A stretch of DNA of 63,997 nucleotides, counting the filler, from Collodictyon triciliatum (Eukaryota), in the NCBI GenBank assembly GCA_043381765.1. It is 5 parts of 5 records of this genome, joined end to end, with 100 filler letters (N's around TTAATTAATTAA, not from the genome) between each part and the next. Parts side by side here need not be neighbours in the genome. Positions count along the whole stretch, not along the records: positions 51,336 to 63,997 come from JBHJMP010002129.1; 4 more parts are not named here. One strand, given 5' to 3'. A model generated the notes under the pieces. The model saw only the letters and a program-made list of their open reading frames with translations, searched no databases and was not told the origin of the DNA. The position numbers were made by a program, and so were the translations under genes. Below, one piece after another: positions 57,789 to 63,997 of the stretch; positions within the stretch are counted from its first letter, which is position 1; every line of letters begins with the position of its first letter.

Positions 57789-59762
57789 ATGAGGATCGGG
57801 TCTCTTGAAGAACACAGCTCCGATTCCGGTGTGGGAGTCGGGGCGATAAACGCATGGAGCGGAAAGAGCGCCTGCTCAAGGGAGGATGTAAACTCCAATA
57901 GCAGTATCAACCAAGTCCATGAGGCGTACGAAGCCTCAAGCGAATGCGCCGCACCTGATGACGATAAAAAACAGAGTCGGTACCAAGCAATGAGCCAAAG
58001 CGAAGAGCAGAGCGAAGCACACAAACCCCAAGGAATCGAAAAGAAATCCACAATCAAGCTTGTTCTTAACAAGGGCATTCAAACCATCGATAGACGCCTG
58101 ACCCTATTTTCACTCATGTTTAGAAACGAGAAAATTCAAAGGCTTCTCATTCGCATGTATAAAAGAACCAGTGTCTCAGCAGCGCTCGGTGTATTCTGGG
58201 CTTTCTGCACCATCGTTTCACTATCGATCTGCTTTCAAAGACAGGTGATATCCTCTTCGGTATACATCCCTGTTCAGTCGTGCTTCATGTTTCATTTTGT
58301 GATGCATCATTCGATGTTCATCCGTGTTGGCATTGTCAAGGAGTTGGCAAAGTCATTCAACTTTTGGTTTACCTTGTGGAACACAGTCTCGTTCCACACC
58401 TGCTTTGTGCTTCTCTCGGGTGTGACGGTAGAGAGCATCTTTGCCGCCGTCCACTCAACTGTCAGTTTATTCCTGATTTTATTACTCTTTGATGCGCATG
58501 CCGCAAAGCACCTTCGAATTATGAGAATGATTTTATTCGTGGGAATTTTTTCTTACATACCGGTGATTGTAATGCTTGCCTTCGGGTTGGCAGATTTGCA
58601 CACAGAGAGAATCAACTACCCTCCACACGATGTCGAAATTGTAAACCTTCGGCTTCAGGCAATAGATAACCTTTCAACCTTGATGATTTACTTACTTCGA
58701 ATTGTTTACAATCACATATACTTGAATCAGCCAACAACAATCGCATATATATCGAGATTCTATGCCATCAACAATAACAAGGAACCAGCTTCGATGATGA
58801 CTTTAGTTAAAGGAAATGAACGTGCCTGTCGTAGCAGAAGCAGAGACACAGAAGTTGCAGAAACACAAATTGAACGCCCGACAGAACCCAATATACCTTT
58901 ATATGAAAATCAATTGAACGAGCCATTTGATATAGAAAAAGGATTTGATGACATTGATGGGCATGTTGTAAAAAAAGACGGCGAAAATCAACAAATGTCA
59001 TCAGAAACCACTGACGAAACGAAAAAGACTCTACACAATTATTTGATTATGGGAATCCTAGACGACAAAAGTTTAGAGTATGACTTGCATCAGACTTGGT
59101 ATCATATCCTGCTAGTCAAACATTACAAACAAATCGCAAAGATTCTAAAGTCGAAATGGTACAATGCCTTGGGGATTCTTTTTACCATGGCCTCCATCTT
59201 GTTGTCGCTCCCCTTGGCTGCACGGTTTTATGACGGACTTGTCTTTCATTATTTTGGAGTAGTGACTATACTCTTGGGCATTGTGTTTATCTTTATTCAG
59301 ATGCTCTCCACCAGTAATTTTATTATGCTTCGCCATATGGTCCACTCGTTTGACTTTTGGTATGTCATGTTCCTTATGTGCAAGATATATGTAGCATCCG
59401 GTGTGCTTTGTGATTGGGACGTTCGCATGCTCTTTTGGTTTTACTCTATCCTGGGATTGAACTGGTGCTTCATGGTTGATGCGCTTCATATCTGGTCCCG
59501 CAAGTTGTCCAAACTATCGATATTTGGCTTGGTGTGGATGTTGTGTGCTTTTATCTTGTGCAAAGCAAATATTGGAGACACGTTTGAGCAAGACCGCTTT
59601 GTTCACTTTAATCGCATAGACTTTATGTCCGCCAGAGTTACGCTGTCATCCTCGGCATTCTCTGGCAGCATATTCTTTCTTCGCTTCTACTGGAGCTATC
59701 TCAAAAACCCAAACAGAATTTTGTTCATTACGGAAAACGTGAGAGTTGAGAAGATGATGTAG
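57789..59762 (+). CDS. Intronless 657-aa multi-pass membrane protein with two homologous transmembrane halves; function unknown
   Basis: Single long ORF with two hydrophobic blocks separated by an acidic linker; paired motifs KSFNFWF/HSFDFWY, LFDA/MVDA and YLLRIVY/FFLRFYW. Confidence 0.85.
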   Translation: MRIGSLEEHSSDSGVGVGAINAWSGKSACSREDVNSNSSINQVHEAYEASSECAAPDDDKKQSRYQAMSQSEEQSEAHKPQGIEKKSTIKLVLNKGIQTIDRRLTLFSLMFRNEKIQRLLIRMYKRTSVSAALGVFWAFCTIVSLSICFQRQVISSSVYIPVQSCFMFHFVMHHSMFIRVGIVKELAKSFNFWFTLWNTVSFHTCFVLLSGVTVESIFAAVHSTVSLFLILLLFDAHAAKHLRIMRMILFVGIFSYIPVIVMLAFGLADLHTERINYPPHDVEIVNLRLQAIDNLSTLMIYLLRIVYNHIYLNQPTTIAYISRFYAINNNKEPASMMTLVKGNERACRSRSRDTEVAETQIERPTEPNIPLYENQLNEPFDIEKGFDDIDGHVVKKDGENQQMSSETTDETKKTLHNYLIMGILDDKSLEYDLHQTWYHILLVKHYKQIAKILKSKWYNALGILFTMASILLSLPLAARFYDGLVFHYFGVVTILLGIVFIFIQMLSTSNFIMLRHMVHSFDFWYVMFLMCKIYVASGVLCDWDVRMLFWFYSILGLNWCFMVDALHIWSRKLSKLSIFGLVWMLCAFILCKANIGDTFEQDRFVHFNRIDFMSARVTLSSSAFSGSIFFLRFYWSYLKNPNRILFITENVRVEKMM

Positions 59763-59949
59763 CACTTGCCTATTGCCTGTTATTTGGAAATGAAAGTCCT
59801 CCAAACAGGCGATTCGCATGCTTTTTTTTTTTTTTTTTTTTGTTAAGAAACTCTTAATTAACCACTTCTTCAACAACAATTACAACAATAATAAACGGAA
59901 CATCTGCAGGTTTTCGAATGAAAATATATATATATTGGTATTTCTTGCT

Positions 59950-60051
59950 TTGTGTTTTGTGTTTTGTGTTTTGTGTTTTGTGTTTTGTGTTTTGTGTTTT
60001 GTGTTTTGTGTTTTGTGTTTTGTGTTTTGTGTTTTGTGTTTTGTGTTTTGT
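59950..60051. repeat. (TTTTGTG)n microsatellite
   Basis: Direct tandem repeat. Confidence 0.95.
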
Positions 60052-60397
60052 GGTTTATATACATCAAGCGTCGAAACGTTATCCTTTGGAATTTACTTCG
60101 TCGCGGTGTTTTGTGCTTGAGTTTTTATTGACAGTTTTGACAGATCGAATCATCCTTTCAAAGCTGTGTGCTTCTTTGGTGGCGTGTGTATAGAAGGCTT
60201 CCTCTCTCTCTTAACTTTTTTTCTTTTTGTCTCGCTCTCTTCCTCTCCTTCTTTTCCACTACCGATCAAGGCTACATAGCAAGTTGAGAACATTTTGTGT
60301 TGGCGTTTTTGCGGCTGAGAGCCAAGACCGACGTGTGAATTGATTTCCTAAGCTTGGCAGATTCTCTGTGCCTGCAGCTGCTGAGAAGACTGAGAAG

Positions 60398-63300
60398 ATG
60401 GCCGACTCGAGGGTATACTTGTTGTTTGAAGCTGTCTTTTAGATTTTCTTTTCTTTCTTTTCTTTTCTTTTTCTTTCTTTTCTTTCTTTTCCTTTCCTTT
60501 CCTTTCCTTTCCTTTCCTTTCCTTTCCTTTCCTTTCCTTTCCTTTCCTTTCCTTTCCTTTCCTTTCCTTTCCTTTCCTTTCCTTTCCTTTCCTTTTGTTT
60601 TGTTTTGTTTTTCTTTTTCATTTATTTTTCTTTTCTTTTCTTTTTTTAACCTTTTTTCTTTGTGCTAGATTACATCTATTAGTCTTAGTCCATCAGTTTC
60701 AGTGAATTTTTCATCACGTTACATTATCTTAGGATCGAGGTCCTATTATCCAAGGATTTCTGAAAAAGAAAAAGATTAATAGCTGGAGCTGGAAAGGTTT
60801 TGCGAAATGAATGGAATATTCTCATTTGTTTATCTACTTGTTTTTACTAATTTATTCAGTTTTTGGTTTAATGATATGTATTAATTCATTCATTCATTCA
60901 TTGTTTACAATTTGTTTAGATTAATTCCGACAGGAAATCTAATTTTTGTTTTAAAAAAGTTTAAGGATTCCACCGCTGTCTTACCTTCATTCTCAGACTA
61001 CTTTGTTGAATAGACTCATGGAAATTCAAGCTGACATTCCCTTTTATCCTGCAGAGCGATGGTGCTGCTTATACCCAACACAACTTCTGTTCTACAAAAG
61101 GCGCTACGATTTGGATCCAATTAACACAATCTTATTGACAAACATGACCGGAATCCACCACGCAGAATCAATTCCTGAGCATGGAGTAGCGTGAGTGCCC
61201 ATCGCAAAATCTCGGCCTGTTTCTGAATTTTCTTCAGTTGTTTATTTTACTTTTGTCTTTGTCTTTGTCTTTGTCTGTGTTTTTGTTTTTGTTTTTGTTT
61301 TTGTTTTTGTTTTTTCTTTTTCCTTTCTTTTTCCTTTCTTTTTCCTTTCTTTTTCCTTTCTTTTTCCTTTCTTTTTCCTTTCTTTTTCCTTTCTTTTTCC
61401 TTTCTTTTTCTTTTCTTTTTCTTTTCTTTTTCTTTTCTTTTTCTTTTCTTTTTCTATTTCTTTTTCTTTTTCTTTTTCTTTTTCTTTTTCTTTTTGTTTC
61501 ATCTTGAATATTTTTTTCTTGCCATCGTCTTGAGTAAGTAATTGACCAATTTATCAGGTCTGAGCAAGTAGCCCGAGCAGTCGTGATTGATTTTGGTGTG
61601 CCTTCCATCATTCTCCTCTGGGAGACTCAGGACGGGGCGAACCACTGGAAAGACCTCATCCAGCTCTCTTGGGAAAAAAGCATGCGTGACCACAAGGCTG
61701 TAAAGATGGACCCTAGCCAGCTTACCCAGAAAGAGGGATATAAGGTTAGCTGCATTCCGATAATGTGCATCTATTTGCTAGATCTATTCATGTTCTTGTG
61801 CAGACATTGTATCTTGCTACTGGCCTCAATTCAAGAGTTGTTTATATATAAAAACACCCGAAATTATAGTCTATTCAAATCGAAGGAACATTGCAAAAGC
61901 GCACGTTCACAAGCTGGAGATGGCGGTCGCGGTACTTTGTCTTGGATGGATTTACATTCACATACTTTAAAGACTCCAACAAAACCGAAACAGTTGGAAG
62001 CATAGTTTTTGATGAAACTGTGAAACTCCGAATCAATCCCCAAAGCTTCCCTGGCATCAGTAAAGACGAACTGGAGCGATGTTTTGCTCTGATATGCGGC
62101 ACAAAGGACACCTGCTTCATGGCTGAGACTGCATCCAAGAAGAAAGAATGGATTGGAGTCATCTCTGTTGTTCTTCAAAATCTAAAGATTTCATATGGCT
62201 CATCGGCGACCGAAATGAACCCCCAGCCTCCAGCAGACGTTTTGCAGTTATCTTGCACACCGTCTGACGGATCAGAAACCCAAGCCTCGCATAATCACCC
62301 TGTTGAAATAAGTTCGCCTCGGGAGGTGAAATCAGTAGTCCACGAACTCACAAAAAGGATGAGTCTGAATCACACCACTCTAAACGAATCGCCATCAAAG
62401 GCAAATCCTTCAACTTCAGAGCTATCGAAAAAGGTTATTTTCTGCATGACCTCTTCTGGTCTTGTTACCCCTCTTTCCTTCCTATTTTATTTTTGACTCG
62501 GGTTCTTCTATTTCTACATTAATTAGATGATAACTCATGCACTATACCACAGGATGACCCAAGGGCCGGTTTGGTTTTCCTGGTACGAAAAAGTACAAAC
62601 AAGAAGGGATGGAAACAGAAGCATGTGATAATCCTGCCGCGCGACCTAGCGTACTACAAACCTGACCTCAATGTTGATAGGTAGTTGTTTGCTAACTTTG
62701 CAAAGATAAAATATTTTTTCTTTTTTATTCTTTGACCATCATCAAAGCTTTTGAAAACTCTTCCATCAGGGAGGACATGAAGAAGGTACCGCTAGATTTG
62801 ATTACAAAGATTCAAAAGGCGTCCGAGGCAAAGGACGAACTATTTGAAGACTTTGAGCTTTCCAACTTAAACAGATGTATCATTTTGTCCAATCCAAATG
62901 CCAAGATGTTTATTTTATCTGCTACTGAAGAGGTATCTCAGAGATTGTACGACGATCTCATCATCGCTCGTGCAAGGAGAGAACGAAGCCTTTCAAAAAC
63001 GCTGCCTCTAAGACGAAGGTCTTTTTTATTTTCTCTCTTTATTATTATACCTTTCAAATGGCAAGGTTAATCTTCCGGTATACACATAACCATGTCAAAA
63101 CCACGACCAGGAACCTCATCAAGTCACGTGAATAATCGACTCAAATAAACTTTTCTCTATCACATTCTCTGCAGCATTAATCGAACAACATTGTCGGGCT
63201 CCCCTAAAATACATACACTCGAGCCATTCGCAGAGCAATCAAAAGAAGATCACCATCAGACAACCACAAAACTAGATGAGAGCCACGTGTTACTATCCAA

Positions 63301-63956
63301 AAAGTTAAACGACATTGCGGCAGCTTCCATTGCAGAAGAAAACGATGAGCAATGCGAAGCTGTTTCCAAGTTTTTTGGAACGACTGGTCGATCGGGCAAC
63401 TCCATAGGCGAAGAAGTATTTGATACTGATATATTTGACTTTCTTCAATTGGCCATTAGCATTTCTCTTCTGTTTTGGTTTATTTTGGTTGACTATCATA
63501 TTTTCTGACATGATTGAAATATTGATTTTCTTTTCATTTTGTTTCAGGCAGCGCCAGTTCTATTCAGTCCTCCAGTCCCCATCACGAGAAGCACTCCACC
63601 TCAACAATCACAAACAACAGCCTCCTTTTCTCAACCCACAAGCATTAACTCCTCGATACCTAAGACAATGTCGAGCTCGAGCCTTAAAAACATATTCACA
63701 TCTGTGGTTTGTAAATTATTTGCTGTGTTTTTTTTTTGTGACAATGCCTTCTTTTTCTTTTTCTTCCTTCTTTGTTTTCTATTTTTCTTATTATCTGATG
63801 ACGATTTATTAAATTATTTCATAGGAGGGACTCTTCTTGTCAAATGACCGGGTTGAGAAAGCGTTGCTGTATAAGGGGAAATTACGACTTTCAAGTCTGC
63901 GAAAACAAGATAGGACATTTTACGATTGCAATCTCCTCTATCTCAAGAAAAAAGAG
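60398..63956 (+). CDS. Multi-PH-domain protein, 3' end truncated by the window end
   Basis: PH1: IIQGFLKKKKINSWSWK|ERWCCL...NHWKDLI. PH2: IEGTLQKRTFTSWRWRSRYFVL...KKEWIGVI. PH3-like: AGLVFLVRKSTNKKGWKQKHVII...LAYYK. Confidence 0.87.
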
Positions 63957-63997
63957 GTTTGGGGCTGTTAGATAATTTATTTATTTATTTTTTTATA

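Noticed and set aside
56913-57879. Lys/Gly-rich and Phe/Pro-rich ORFs (similar ones at 24304-24770, 38466-38841, 61195-61611 and the poly-Y/N ORFs)
   Set aside because: These are translations of microsatellites.

Overview
Eukaryotic, intron-rich, microsatellite-rich protist DNA; the standard genetic code fits every gene I traced, and CFAP43 implies a flagellate. The window is not contiguous. It is five unrelated ~12.7 kb pieces in descending length, joined by artificial N44-TTAATTAATTAA-N44 linkers, so adjacency across linkers means nothing. Splicing exons by hand gave 15 protein-coding genes: GCP3, a spliced Cys-rich zinc-ribbon protein missed by the ORF track, a coiled-coil protein, CFAP43, UPRT, OST3/6, an IQ-motif protein, an ERICH1-like protein, an M1 aminopeptidase, a Rab5-group GTPase, a LIM protein, a quinone oxidoreductase, a coiled-coil RING protein, a ROCO kinase and a multi-PH protein. 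A sixteenth gene, an internally duplicated membrane protein, is intronless. The best candidate system is the ROCO locus. Its LRRs are split by seven same-register phase-0 introns, including four consecutive 69-nt one-repeat exons, one of them divergent. It carries a non-RD kinase and lies head-to-head with the membrane protein gene, which suggests a modular, possibly immune-like receptor. Splicing oddities include very degenerate donors, three GC-AG introns, a U12-like intron and 11- and 13-nt microexons. All calls come from manual reading; no database searches were run.
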